Assembly: GCA_965214775.1 (NCBI GenBank)
Contig: OZ243974.1
Span: 2,336,001-2,400,000, forward strand
Direction: 5' to 3'
From: Nitrosopumilus sp.
Lineage (GTDB): Archaea; Thermoproteota; Nitrososphaeria; Nitrososphaerales; Nitrosopumilaceae
DNA length: 64,000 bases
The position numbers and the translations under genes were made by a program. Below, one piece after another: positions 48,759 through 60,001 of the stretch; the first letter of the stretch is position 1; every line of letters starts with the position of its first letter. The notes beneath the pieces were generated by a model that worked only from the letters and a program-made list of their open reading frames with translations, did no database searches and had not been told where the DNA came from.

Positions 48759-51404
48759 TCAAAACAAGGAGAAAAAGTCCAACGCATCCTGCTTTGACAA
48801 CTCTTTGTTCTTGGTTTGGCAGTAACTTGTGACAAACGTGCATTTGGGACATCCTCCCCATTGCTCACCATGCTTTACCTGCTGTCTCTGCTTTGAATCC
48901 ACAGGACACCTGCAATCAGACAGCAGGGAACGGCAGGTATCCAGAATCTTTTCAAATTCCTCAAAGACAATCTTGCTGCACCCGTTAAATCCATCTGACG
49001 AATTATCATACAGATAGATTACGCCATTTTCATAAAACGAATCAATGTCGTTTGATTCGGATTTCGTAATAATTTTTGCGGCATTAAGCAACACATGTGT
49101 TATGGTGTGTATTCCGGGATCTGATGCAATCTGGCTTTTAGAGGATGATTCAGACGTCAAAACAAACCCGGGAGGGACGGTAATGCCTACTGAGTAATGC
49201 TTTGACTTCCAGTTAAAATTTCTCCACGAGGGAATTGCATCTCCATTAAAGGTTTGGAAATTGTCAGTGGAATCGTTATAGTTCCCCTTCATGTAGCCAG
49301 TAATGATCCTGCTCAGCTCGACAAGCCCATACCTTAGAGAAATACTAGTCGATTTTTTAGAGATGCTTCTGCGAGCTGCATCCCTTTCGGATGTTTGAAG
49401 CATTGATGTTCTGACAATGGGCATCGTTCTTTTTTGCCCCTCGTACGATCTTTTCAGATAGGCTCTTGCACCGCCCTGTGATTTTATCAGGGAGGTTACC
49501 TCGTAGTTTTGCTTGTTGAAATGATAAATTGCATTTTGATGTAATTGATAGTACCCTACTGGAACATCGCGGGTGCCGATTTTTTTGGAATTAAAATAAA
49601 TTACAATCTCGCCTGAAGAGCCACGAAGGTTCACACTGCTTGCAAAATCAAAGAATCGGGACTTGTCATATTCGGCAGCTGATTCCTTTTCCACCCTGAC
49701 TGATTCGGCATGCCTGTCTGCAATGATTGTGTTTTTCTTGTTAATCGGTATCACGTGACTCTGAGTCAAATAATCATCAATGTGGCGCGCAAAATAGTGA
49801 CAGGAGGCATCATCTGGATCAAAAACGCAGATTGCATAGGATTTCTGGCCCATTCTGCCTGCACGACCAATCCTCTGCACAAAGGAATCAAACTCGTTTT
49901 TGAATGCAGAGATCACCACATCCACACGGCCAATGTCGATGCCCAGCTCCAATGTCGGAGTGCATGATAAAGCGTCTAGCTCGCCTGCCTTCATCTGAGA
50001 CTCGTACAGTTTTCTACTGCTCTGATCAAGGCCCCCGCGATGAACCTGGATGTGCATTCCGTTATTTGCAGATTCTACGTTTGATGCCAGGAATTCCGAA
50101 TCGTTGTGGGAGTTGCTGAAAATCAACTGTGTCGATTTATTCCTGTGACAGATGGATGCCAGCATCTCCATGGTGGTTCGCTGGCCAAACTTTCTTGGCA
50201 TGATAAAGAACATCTCCATGTTTCTTTTCCGCCCGGTTTTGCTCTTGATGTACGAAAAAGACTCCTGAGGCAGATCAAACATGTCTGAGAAAAATTCCAG
50301 GGAGTTATCCAGGGTTGCAGAAGATCCGACAAACTGGACGTCTTTCATGTAGCGTCTCATCCTCTTTAGAACGTGATACACGTTTGATCCGTGAAAACTG
50401 GTATACGAATGCGCCTCATCCATCACGATGATTTTTGCGTTTTTGAACAGTATGTTCCATTTTTTGTCTTGTAAAATCAGGTGGTAATTGATAAAATCAA
50501 AGTTTGTTGCAATAATTAACGACTTTTTAGAGGCATCTGAAATTATCATGTCTTTGTATTGGGAACTTTGTCCGCCGTGAATGGAATAGACGCCCACCCT
50601 GTCCTTCAAATCACACTTGTCTATCAGGTCTGATATTTTTGATACCTGGTCATCAATGAGTGCGTTTAGGGGGTATACAAACAGGGCAAACACCCCGGGC
50701 TCGGACTCTTGCAAAACTTTCTCTAAAATCGGTATGCCAAAGGCTTCAGTTTTCCCTGAACCGGTGGGCGCAGAGATGATGGAGTTTTTTCCGTCTAGAA
50801 TGGAGCGGACAGACTCGTCTTGGAAGGGCAGCAGTCCCGAAAAACCATACTTTTTAATTCCGTCTAGAATTTTTTGAGACAAGACATCGTTTAGGGATTC
50901 AACTGGAATTTTTTCAGGTTCGGGAGATGTCATGTTCTCATAATGGACTATCCCCAGGGATTTCTCTTTGTGGCCCTGAATAATCTCATGGACTATCAAA
51001 TCATCCTCGATGAGATGTTTTGGGATTTTCTTGATGTCAAATAAAATTTCTTCAGGTATCGGGATTTTTGATTCCGGCTTTTCTTTTTTCTCAGAGTGTT
51101 TTTCTGTCTCATCGGCAGGATGACGGGCATCCGTTGGTTCGGCCGGACCGCCGCATCGATGCGGCTCGTCGGTTCTGGAGTCAATTGGAATGAACTTGCC
51201 GCTGTCAGACTTGAACGAGTCGTCCCAATAGATCTCAGCGCCGCAACCCCTGGAGCAGGGTTTTGTTTTTCCAGAGCGGTTTGTTCCAAACGTCGGTCCT
51301 TTTGGGGTGATCATCTCGGGATTGCATATGGGGCATATTCCTGGACCCCCGACATCCTGAAGGTTTTGGGAGAGTCTTGTGTCACAAACAGTGCAGAATT
51401 TCAT
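48759..51404 (-). CDS. SF2 DEAD/DEAH helicase with C-terminal DUF1998-like Zn domain (MrfA/Hrq1-like)
   Basis: APTGSGKT, YPLNALIDDQ, DEAH, SAT, TLELGIDIG, QRIGRAGR; C-terminal LYD...GFNG, CRC...GCPKC...C. Confidence 0.92.
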   Translation of the reverse strand: MKFCTVCDTRLSQNLQDVGGPGICPICNPEMITPKGPTFGTNRSGKTKPCSRGCGAEIYWDDSFKSDSGKFIPIDSRTDEPHRCGGPAEPTDARHPADETEKHSEKKEKPESKIPIPEEILFDIKKIPKHLIEDDLIVHEIIQGHKEKSLGIVHYENMTSPEPEKIPVESLNDVLSQKILDGIKKYGFSGLLPFQDESVRSILDGKNSIISAPTGSGKTEAFGIPILEKVLQESEPGVFALFVYPLNALIDDQVSKISDLIDKCDLKDRVGVYSIHGGQSSQYKDMIISDASKKSLIIATNFDFINYHLILQDKKWNILFKNAKIIVMDEAHSYTSFHGSNVYHVLKRMRRYMKDVQFVGSSATLDNSLEFFSDMFDLPQESFSYIKSKTGRKRNMEMFFIMPRKFGQRTTMEMLASICHRNKSTQLIFSNSHNDSEFLASNVESANNGMHIQVHRGGLDQSSRKLYESQMKAGELDALSCTPTLELGIDIGRVDVVISAFKNEFDSFVQRIGRAGRMGQKSYAICVFDPDDASCHYFARHIDDYLTQSHVIPINKKNTIIADRHAESVRVEKESAAEYDKSRFFDFASSVNLRGSSGEIVIYFNSKKIGTRDVPVGYYQLHQNAIYHFNKQNYEVTSLIKSQGGARAYLKRSYEGQKRTMPIVRTSMLQTSERDAARRSISKKSTSISLRYGLVELSRIITGYMKGNYNDSTDNFQTFNGDAIPSWRNFNWKSKHYSVGITVPPGFVLTSESSSKSQIASDPGIHTITHVLLNAAKIITKSESNDIDSFYENGVIYLYDNSSDGFNGCSKIVFEEFEKILDTCRSLLSDCRCPVDSKQRQQVKHGEQWGGCPKCTFVTSYCQTKNKELSKQDALDFFSLF

Positions 51405-51609
51405 GAACAATTACGGGGAACGGCGACCATTAATGAAGGTATGAAAAATCTGTTCTTTATGTCAGATCAAGACAGAATCAGCTTGTAACATGCCGGGTTC
51501 TGGAAGATCGGGCATGGATTTTTTTGTCATTGATGAATGCCGATCAAGATGGAACTTGTCAAAAACAATGTTATTGCCAGTTGAGCGGCTCATACAATTC
51601 CAAGAGACA

Positions 51610-51770
51610 CGGCAAAGAAATGTGGTTCATTTTACACGCAGGTTCAAAAACGAGATCAGCATGAACGATAGCGTGTTTTCTGAGTCTAATATGGGAGAAG
51701 CAGTGGCTGGAAATGACCAAGCGACCGGCGCAAGCAACAGCAGCAGCAGCAGCACGATACTTCCGGTACC
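51610..51770 (+). pseudogene. AbiEii fragment
   Basis: HFTRRFKNEISMNDSVFSESNMGEA aligns to HFTCKFKNEINMDDSVFLEFNMGEA of 40100-40909. Confidence 0.75.
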
Positions 51771-51799
51771 GTTTTGCAAGCCGGCAGAAACGGTCTTGG

Positions 51800-52738
51800 T
51801 CAATCCTTGCCCATCGCAGTATATTTTCCAGAACGTGCCCTGAAGAAGAATACCGCAGCAGTTGCGCCAAATGTGATGACTGTAGCTGTGAACGCAGTGA
51901 ACACATACCACGAGTCAAAGAAAAAAGGAGCGTTTGGATCATGATCCCTGTCCATATAGGTGTCCCCGACTCGGCTATGCTGTATCTTCAGGGCCTCCTC
52001 CAGAGTGTTTTTGCCTGTCTCTCCGGTGTCTGGAACGTCCCCGAAATATGGTGCCGCATAAGCGACCCACGGCAATCCCATGCTGCCCAATACCACATCG
52101 GCGCATGGCCACGCCCACACCTCGTCGTGAAACTCGGATCGCGGGCAATAGTACTCGTTTATCCAGCCCAGCCCAAACTCCACCATCAGCTGGTTGAGTG
52201 ATGCGCCAGAGCAGTACACGACTGCAACCGTCCTGCCATACACGTCTACTGGCTGCATGTCATCAACGTCGTGATATGCCGGCAAACCAGCAGGGCACAG
52301 GATTCTGGCAAGGACGGCATGTGGGGCCTCCGTGTCCCCGCTGTTCTCTACGTCAACCAGCGACAGCCTTATTCTCGTGTTGTCTATGTGCACCGTGTTG
52401 CCGTCTATGACGCGCACCATCGTTCCCCTGGTCATCTTCTCTGGATTGTCAGCCTCTAGGGAATCTGTACTGCCGAAATCCATAATGCCTTTGTCCATCA
52501 GGTATGCCAGCGCCACGTCAAATTCGGCAGCGGTGATATTGCCATTATCAAACAACAGGGCAAGGTTGCGGACCCATGCGGGAACGTATTCTGAGTCCGG
52601 CTGCTGTGCAAGTGCCGGCGCCGAGGCAGAAAACAGGAATGTTAATAGAAACAGGGATGCAAAAAGGGTGCAGACGGCAACAGCATGCCTCCTGCCGACT
52701 ACCGTACTGGAACCTTGTCTGTCTGCACGGGCATTCAT
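51800..52738 (-). CDS. secreted / membrane-anchored thermonuclease (SNase-like)
   Basis: Signal peptide, VPAWVRN..FDNGNI..EF..ALAYLM.KGI module, VRVIDGNTV, IRLSLVD, DVYGRTVAVVY, LNQLMV; C-terminal TM. Confidence 0.8.
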   Translation of the reverse strand: MNARADRQGSSTVVGRRHAVAVCTLFASLFLLTFLFSASAPALAQQPDSEYVPAWVRNLALLFDNGNITAAEFDVALAYLMDKGIMDFGSTDSLEADNPEKMTRGTMVRVIDGNTVHIDNTRIRLSLVDVENSGDTEAPHAVLARILCPAGLPAYHDVDDMQPVDVYGRTVAVVYCSGASLNQLMVEFGLGWINEYYCPRSEFHDEVWAWPCADVVLGSMGLPWVAYAAPYFGDVPDTGETGKNTLEEALKIQHSRVGDTYMDRDHDPNAPFFFDSWYVFTAFTATVITFGATAAVFFFRARSGKYTAMGKD

Positions 52739-52937
52739 GTGTATTATTGTGCCTGACAAGATAATATGTGTAGTGTTCCAAACGCACGTCTGGTGGATTG
52801 CGGCCTGGTCGTAGATGTGTTTCGGGCGGGAATGCTTGTACAAAGTGGATCGGGTGCGCACGTATGTGACCGATAATGCACATATCGTGTTGTGAAAGTC
52901 GTTTTCGATGATCTTATACACAAAACCGGATTTTTGC

Positions 52938-53441
52938 CTAGGTACTGGCCGTGATATTGGAATCGATGAACTCTTTGGCAATCTTTGTGAACTCTTTCTC
53001 GTACATCATGACTGCCTTTGGATCGTTCAGACGCAGGGACATTATGAAATCATTCAGTCTTTTGCCGTTTACCACGTCAAAGCTGATGTACTTGCTTCCA
53101 TCTTTCTCATCTATGTTTGTATATGCTATGATCTTGCCATTGGTGATGTTTTTCTTGCATTTGAGGGCGTGACACAGACCATATGCGACCAGGAAATCAA
53201 ACGGTCTGCCATGCGCACTGACATAGTATGTGTCAGGCATCATCATGTGATATCCCTGACAGGAGTATGGCCCAAACGTGATCGTACAGTTCGTCGTCTT
53301 GACCTCGGTTTCCTCACCGGTGCGGAAAAGGATGTTATCTGGCTGCGAAACGTCGCCTGGCATCCTGGTGTTTGGCATTGTCCCTCTTTTTGTAACCTTG
53401 ATGCCACATTCATCCAAAAACATCTGGAATTTTTGATCCAT
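52938..53441 (-). CDS. hypothetical protein
   Basis: 167 aa; conserved with the paralog at 48011. Confidence 0.75.
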   Translation of the reverse strand: MDQKFQMFLDECGIKVTKRGTMPNTRMPGDVSQPDNILFRTGEETEVKTTNCTITFGPYSCQGYHMMMPDTYYVSAHGRPFDFLVAYGLCHALKCKKNITNGKIIAYTNIDEKDGSKYISFDVVNGKRLNDFIMSLRLNDPKAVMMYEKEFTKIAKEFIDSNITAST

Positions 53442-53821
53442 CCTGCCAATCCAGTACTTTTTTAATTTTATATCTGTTTTTTATTAGACGTAATCGTGGA
53501 ATACGGCATGTCTGCTAGGATGCCTTTACAAAGCCGGTTAATCCGTTCTGTCATGAGGAATGATCCGAAATCAGACCGCGCAAGTTTTTCAAATGATCTC
53601 ACAGTCGATCCGTGTTTTGCCGGTATTCATTCTGCACCATCTGTCCTGTGCAATCACCCACATATAATCAGAGCCTGCCAATTTCGAATCAGATACGCGT
53701 TTGGATTTTTGTCTGCTTGATGAAAACCACGGAGCCGCACCGCAGTTGAACTGTCTGCGTCTGCCAGTGTTGTCAGGACTCTGACCTCCTTGGCTTTCTG
53801 CATGACCGGGGTACTTTTCAC

Positions 53822-55089
53822 TTGGACGTATATGCAAAACTGCATACATATGCAAGATTGGATAGTGTGCGACAGGGCATTCCGTTTGTTGTAGGCAAAC
53901 CGGTTACCGGCAAGTATTTCATCGGCAGAAAGGAGGAATTGAAAAAGATCACCGTGCTACTGTATGGAAATGCGATAAACAACATTGCATTGTTGGCGCA
54001 AAGACGAACCGGCAAGTCATCAATTCTCTATAACCTAAAAGAGAGATACAGGCAAGATCCACGTCCTGTTTGATGCCTACGGCATATCCGCAAAGGAACG
54101 ATTTGCAAAATCATACATCAACTCCATCCGACATTGCTACAGAGAACACAGGCGACAAGACATACAATAAAAGAATCAAAGAATCACTTGTTGAGGGCGC
54201 AAACGTACTAACAGGCAAAATAAGCGACATCGGAATATCCGTGTCTGAATTTGTGAAATTTCAAGTAACGGTTAACAAAAAAGAAGCAGATCCTGATGAA
54301 TTGCTGGAAGACGCGCTGAACTATGCAGAGACACTTGCAAAAGAAAAGGGCGTCTCGCTGGTAATCATGATTGATGAGTTTCAGGAGCTGTTAAAATGGG
54401 GGGATGGCTTTTTGAGAACGTTCAGGAAAACCATGCAGTCTCAACAAAGGGTGTCTTTTGTCTTGTCTGGTTCGGCGCCCACTGCAATGCGCAGGCTGGT
54501 GTATGATTCAAAATCACCGCTGTACAGGCAGCTGGCAGATATACGATTGAGCAGACTGCCAAAAAGGGACGTGATCATGTTTGTCAAAAGGAGGTTTGCC
54601 GCAGCAAAGATTGGGGTTGATGACAGCGTGCCAGAATACATCTTTGAGCCAAGCCGCGGATATGCAGACTATGTACAGAGGATTGGAATGCACGTCTTTT
54701 GGATGTGCTTGGACCGTAACAAAAGCCGGGTTACAATACGCGATGTGAACGATGCATATGAGGACATGCTGGTTGGGCTAGATGCCGATTTTGGTGCAGG
54801 CTTTTCACGGCACATATATCTTGAAAAGGAGATATTGTTTGCATTGGCGGCTGGCAAGGCGTCGATATCTGCAATGGCCCTGGAAATCAGGACAGCTCAA
54901 AGCGCAATACCAAAAACCACGAACAGGCTGATAGCATCAGATGTTGTTGAGAAGCACCATGTTGGCAAATACCGCATCGTCGGTGGCGTCTTTTCAGACT
55001 GGATCTACAGACAGACCCATGTAAGGGTCACACGAAGTTTCAGGTCTTCATATGTGATGGAATGGCCTGCTGATCATGACCCGCAATAG
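53822..55089 (+). pseudogene. archaeal AAA+ ATPase (ATPase_2-like) with wHTH, frameshifted
   Basis: FIGRKEEL, QRRTGKSSIL in ORF 1; IMIDEFQ, FVLSGSA, SPLY in ORF 2. Confidence 0.82.
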
Positions 55090-55263
55090 GCAAGCTTGCA
55101 GGCAGATGTGCCAGAACTGCCATGCTGAGGATCTGAAGTGAACCAGTGAGACAGGCGGCATTGTTGCAGTTAAACGCCACCTGGCAATGGGATATCTTGG
55201 ATGTGCCATTCTAGTCGTACAAATGACTGTGTGTGTGCATGCAGGATGCAAACTGTATGTTTT

Positions 55264-55722
55264 TTAGAATGTTTTCATTAAAAATCTGGCGGTCTTTTCA
55301 TGCATTTCAGACACCTTGTCCATCGCATCAAAAAGTCCCTGTTGGTTTAGATGTTCCACCTTGTCTAACACTACATACACTCCGATATTTCGCTTCCCGT
55401 CCTCTGTGGAATTTTTGTTGATTGCCTGAATGGAATAACAATAGTCTGCCACTTTTTTCTCAAATCTTTCCCTCTCCTCCTTGCTGAATCCGAGATATCG
55501 TGCAGTCTGGTTGTTTTTCATCGTGACTTTGGAACCGATCACAAGAATTCCTTGCTGTGCTTTGGGCTCGAAAATCTCCACCAGAACCCCTGCCGGATCT
55601 GCATGTCTTGCCAAAATCTCAAACGTGTTTTCGGGATTTTCTCTCTCATCAAATGCCAATCCTTTATGAACCAGCCAGCGCTCTACATCGTCTCGCATCC
55701 TAGATCTCATATACCGAGGCAT
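55264..55722 (-). CDS. conserved archaeal protein (DUF2299-like)
   Basis: VERWLVHKGL..F; host-like composition. Confidence 0.65.
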   Translation of the reverse strand: MPRYMRSRMRDDVERWLVHKGLAFDERENPENTFEILARHADPAGVLVEIFEPKAQQGILVIGSKVTMKNNQTARYLGFSKEERERFEKKVADYCYSIQAINKNSTEDGKRNIGVYVVLDKVEHLNQQGLFDAMDKVSEMHEKTARFLMKTF

Positions 55723-56089
55723 TCTTGCTTCTATATGATTCTAAACCATGTTTGCATATCTAAACCAGCGATATTCCCAAACTTGAACTTAAAAACAAGG
55801 CAAATGCGGCATGCAAAGCAACGGTCATGGAAAGAAGCAGGGGGGGGGGAGGAAAAGAAGACATTCACGACATGCTAGTTCGCTTATGGATGCAGCAGTA
55901 AACTGGCTAGCTTGAGAAGGCAGCCCCATAGAAGGAAGACGATAACTGTTGGACCGTGTTTGCTGCACAACCGTGCATCTAAAGGCATAAGGGCGGTCAA
56001 TCTCTTGTGCCTGAAATCAGGGTCATACAACAGACTTTGGCTGCAAATAAAAATAAGTTTTAATGCCAAAATTTTCTAACGGCTAGCAA

Positions 56090-57313
56090 ATGGTCTCAGA
56101 GTTTGATGTGATTCCGACACTTGTAGGAGTCTTGTTCTTGGTCCTGCCTGCACTGCTGCTCGGAAGACTCTGTTCTCATTTTAAAATCTCCGAAATCATC
56201 GGATTTGTATTTGCCGGAATTCTTATGGGTCCTGCCGCATTGGGCGGCATAATGGTCCCTGTCTTTGACAGGCCGACTGTGGAACTAGGCGACGTGATGT
56301 CTGCCTTGTGGCAGATCTCCGGAATCATCATCCTGTTTTCGGCGGGACTGCATTTTACGTTTCATGATCTGATCAAGGCAGGCCCAAAGAGTGCGATAAT
56401 CGGGTTCTTTGGGGTCGTGGTTCCGCTTGTTGCCGGATACGTCGTTATGTTGTCTATGGGATTTGACTGGACCGTATCAGTACTAGTTGGCGCAACGCTT
56501 GGGGCGACAAGCATTGCAGTCTGCGTGGTGGTCTTGGAAGAGCTCGGAAAGGAAAAAACCAGAGAGGGAAACGTCCTGGTAAATGCAGCCGTGATAGATG
56601 ACGTGCTTGGCCTTGCGATTCTCTCTGCAGTAATCTCAGTTGCCGCCTTGAACACGATTCCTGCAGCAGAGTCAATCATAATTACTGCCGTATCTGAAAT
56701 CGGGTTTTGGGTAATAATCTTGCTTGGCGCAGTGTACCTTTTGCCCAAGATAGTCCACATGGTTTCAAAGACACATCCTTCCACCCTGGAGGCCCGGGGG
56801 ACCAGGCAGGGCGTTGCGCTGGGCTCGGCGTTTGGCCTTGCTGCAATCGCATCCGGCCTGGGACTGAATCCGATCATCGGGGCATTTGCCGCAGGCATGG
56901 GGCTGGCAGGATCCAAGCTGGCCGTCCAGGTCCGTGAGTTTGTAGGCAGACTAAAGGTGATCGTCTCTCCGTTGTTTTTTGCAATAATCGGTGCACATGT
57001 GGATATCTCACAAATCCTTTCAATCAACTGGATTTTGTTTGTGGTGATCTTGGGCGTTGCAGTGTTCTCCAAGGTTGCCGGATGTGGAATTCCAGCATCC
57101 CTTTTACTAGGAAGCAAGAGAGGGGGGTTTTTGATAGGGTGTGGAATGGTTGCAAGAGGCGAGGTGGCCTTTATTGTTGCAGGAATCGGATTGGCCTTTC
57201 AGGTGTTCTCAGACGAGGTTTACTCTACAATTGTTCTTGTAATCCTGGCAACCATCTTCATTGCGCCAATGCTGCTAAGAAACGCGTTCAAGCGTCCGGC
57301 AGCAGGCAGTTAG
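56090..57313 (+). CDS. cation:proton antiporter (CPA2 / NapA-like)
   Basis: ATSIAV, AAVIDDVLG, IIGAFAAG, GMVARGEV. Confidence 0.93.
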   Translation: MVSEFDVIPTLVGVLFLVLPALLLGRLCSHFKISEIIGFVFAGILMGPAALGGIMVPVFDRPTVELGDVMSALWQISGIIILFSAGLHFTFHDLIKAGPKSAIIGFFGVVVPLVAGYVVMLSMGFDWTVSVLVGATLGATSIAVCVVVLEELGKEKTREGNVLVNAAVIDDVLGLAILSAVISVAALNTIPAAESIIITAVSEIGFWVIILLGAVYLLPKIVHMVSKTHPSTLEARGTRQGVALGSAFGLAAIASGLGLNPIIGAFAAGMGLAGSKLAVQVREFVGRLKVIVSPLFFAIIGAHVDISQILSINWILFVVILGVAVFSKVAGCGIPASLLLGSKRGGFLIGCGMVARGEVAFIVAGIGLAFQVFSDEVYSTIVLVILATIFIAPMLLRNAFKRPAAGS

Positions 57314-57724
57314 GGATTTGAAATGAGAACAGGACTTGGTCCTGCCTGCACGCCTGTTTGGATACAACATACAGCACGGAGAAATGAGATTTTTTGGCTC
57401 CGGGAAAAACAAGCCTGCTACTGCAGCTGCCGTATCTGTCATGGTGATAATGATGATAGTGGAAAGGCATGCGTGTGGGGGGTTGCAATCAGAACCACTA
57501 ATCCCGGGTCAATCAATCCGGTGGCATTCTGCTAATCCGCATATTCCTGCTTTCAAGTACCCGTATCATGCTTTCTTGCAATCTTTTGGAACTTATCGCA
57601 ATCATGTAGTTGAAAGTATCTCATGTATGGTGACACCCTTGCGTCCTCCTGATGAGGATGTTGGTTACATCTGCCTTCCTGCCGAATCGCAAACATCATT
57701 ATACCTATGTCTTTTCTACTGATC

Positions 57725-59851
57725 ATGGAAATATCGGATCTGAAACTGCCAAAAAAGGCCATAAAGTTCCTAAACTCCTCCGGATACGAGTCCCTTTATC
57801 CTCCGCAGGAAAAGAGCATCAGGGCAGGTCTGCTTGATGGCAGAAGCATCATGGTATCTGCCCCCACAGCAGGAGGCAAGACCCTGGTTGCCGAGATTGC
57901 CATACTGAACTATCTTATGGGCAACAGGCACGGCAAGGCGATCTATCTCAGTCCTCTCAGGGCGCTTGCAGCAGAAAAGTATCGCGAGTTCAAAAAGATG
58001 GGCAGAATAGACTCTAAAACAAAAATCAGCACGGTCATGTCTACTGGCGACTATAGCGCCCCAAATTCTGCCATGGCCAGGGCAAACCTGCTAGTCATGA
58101 CCAACGAAAGACTCGATTCCATAACAAGACACAAACCCGAATGGATTGATCAGATTGGGCTTGTCATAGCAGACGAGATACACCTGGTAGGAGATGACGT
58201 CAGGGGCCCGGCACTTGAGATAGTACTTACAAAGATGATGAGAATGCTTAAAACAAGGCCGCAGTTGCTGGGCCTGAGCGCCACGGTCTCAAACGCAGGC
58301 AAGATTGCAAGGTGGATGGGCGCCAAGCTGGTATCTGATGACTGGAGGCCGGTCCCGCTGATCGAGGGTACCTGTTACAAAACCTCCGTAACAATGAATG
58401 ACGGCAGCAAGTTCAAGATAAGCCGGTCTGCCCTTGGCACGGCAGCTGACCTTGGAATCGATGAGGTTTCTCAGGGGGGACAGGTCCTGTCATTTGCCAT
58501 GACAAGGGCGCGTTCGGCATCATTTGCAGAAAAGGTCGCCGATGCCATATCCAAGACGATCTCAGCAGAGGAGAAGAGGCACCTAAAGGGTATGTCTGAC
58601 TCGTTGCTGCAAAACAATGAGAAAACCTCCATGGTAAGAACGCTGGCAAGGCTGGTCGGCAAGGGCACGGCGTTTCATCATGCCGGTCTGAACCAAGACT
58701 GCCGGGAGACAGTAGAAGACGGATTCAGGAAGGGCATGATAAAGCTCATCTCGTCAACTCCGACGTTGGCTGCCGGCATCAACATTCCTGCCAGGCGTGT
58801 CATCATAACCAGTGCAAGCCGGTACGATGTTCGTGCCGGACACAACAAGCCAATCAGCATAGCAGAGTACAAGCAGCTGTGTGGCAGGGCAGGCAGACCG
58901 CAATACGACGATCACGGCGAGGCCATACTGGTGGCGGCAAGTCGTGAAAAAAGCAAGGATTTGCATGCCAGGTATGTTCGTGGCAGGCCTGAGCCGATCA
59001 AGTCAAAGATCAAGGGATCTGCAATGGGCATGCATGTTCTGGGCCTCGTGGCATCATCAGATACTGCCGCCGGAATGACCAAAGGTGACATTGCTGGATT
59101 CTTTTCCAAGACGCTTGGCGGCATCGAGTTTGGAGGGGCCAGAATCCGGCGCATCGTCGGCAATTCGCTGAAGCTTTTGGAAAAAGACGGTATGATTACA
59201 TCTAACAGAAGGAGGTTTGTGGCAACGGCGTTTGGCCAAAAGATCTCACTGCTGTACATTGATCCTGCAACGGCTGCCATGTTCCGCGACGGACTGCTGT
59301 CAACAGAGCCCGGATCCGGCGCGACGGACTTTCTTGCCATGGCGACAAGATCAGACGTGTTCTTTCCCAAGTTTTACATGAGGGACGGGGATTACGCACA
59401 TGCCTACAGAATTCTCGGGCGTTCTGTCATGAATGATGACACGGAGTGGGTATCACGCAGCCTGCTTGTACTCTACAACTGGATCTCAGAGATGCGGGAA
59501 TTGGAAATATTTGACAAATTTGCAATAGAGTCGGGGGATCTCTACAGAATGATTGAGACATCCGAGTGGCTGATCATGTGCATGGCGGTGATCTCAAGAC
59601 AACTGGGCAAAAGGGAGCTTGCAGCAGAGCTAAATACGCTGCGTAAAAGGATCAAGTACGGGGTAAAGACGGAGCTGGTCGATCTTGTCTCGCTAAAGGG
59701 CGTTGGCCGCGTAAGGGCAAGGCAGATGTACCGGCACGGAATCCGAACACGTGCAGATATACCGGGCATCCCGACTGCAAGGCTGGCCAGGATAGGCAGG
59801 ATTGGAACCAAGCTTGCCAAGAGCATAAAGTCACAAGTGCGTCAGGACTAG
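57725..59851 (+). CDS. hel308: Ski2-like DNA helicase Hel308/Hjm
   Basis: LYPPQ, APTAGGKT, PLRALAAEK, DEIH, LSAT, WRPVPL, AFHHAGL, GRAGRPQYD, C-terminal HhH. Confidence 0.92.
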   Translation: MEISDLKLPKKAIKFLNSSGYESLYPPQEKSIRAGLLDGRSIMVSAPTAGGKTLVAEIAILNYLMGNRHGKAIYLSPLRALAAEKYREFKKMGRIDSKTKISTVMSTGDYSAPNSAMARANLLVMTNERLDSITRHKPEWIDQIGLVIADEIHLVGDDVRGPALEIVLTKMMRMLKTRPQLLGLSATVSNAGKIARWMGAKLVSDDWRPVPLIEGTCYKTSVTMNDGSKFKISRSALGTAADLGIDEVSQGGQVLSFAMTRARSASFAEKVADAISKTISAEEKRHLKGMSDSLLQNNEKTSMVRTLARLVGKGTAFHHAGLNQDCRETVEDGFRKGMIKLISSTPTLAAGINIPARRVIITSASRYDVRAGHNKPISIAEYKQLCGRAGRPQYDDHGEAILVAASREKSKDLHARYVRGRPEPIKSKIKGSAMGMHVLGLVASSDTAAGMTKGDIAGFFSKTLGGIEFGGARIRRIVGNSLKLLEKDGMITSNRRRFVATAFGQKISLLYIDPATAAMFRDGLLSTEPGSGATDFLAMATRSDVFFPKFYMRDGDYAHAYRILGRSVMNDDTEWVSRSLLVLYNWISEMRELEIFDKFAIESGDLYRMIETSEWLIMCMAVISRQLGKRELAAELNTLRKRIKYGVKTELVDLVSLKGVGRVRARQMYRHGIRTRADIPGIPTARLARIGRIGTKLAKSIKSQVRQD

Positions 59852-60001
59852 TTGTGGGAACAAGCGTTTCTGAAAACACAATATCGCACGGTTGTCCCGT
59901 TCGCCTGAAATCAGATCAATTTCTGTGGTGACGATTAAAAGTTTTTGTGCACATGTGGGCATAAACTACGCAGTAAGGTGCTTTTTGATGATCAATGACT
60001 T

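Noticed and set aside
56362-57117. 251-aa antisense ORF and similar long shadow ORFs over trkH, purL, transposases and hel308
   Set aside because: Opposite-strand shadows of well-supported genes, with no recognisable motifs.
48759-59851. DISARM/Druantia-type defence system built from two helicases, a nuclease and an ATPase
   Set aside because: The genes are not in an operon, no DNA methylase or PLD partner is present, Hel308 is a housekeeping repair helicase and the nuclease appears exported.
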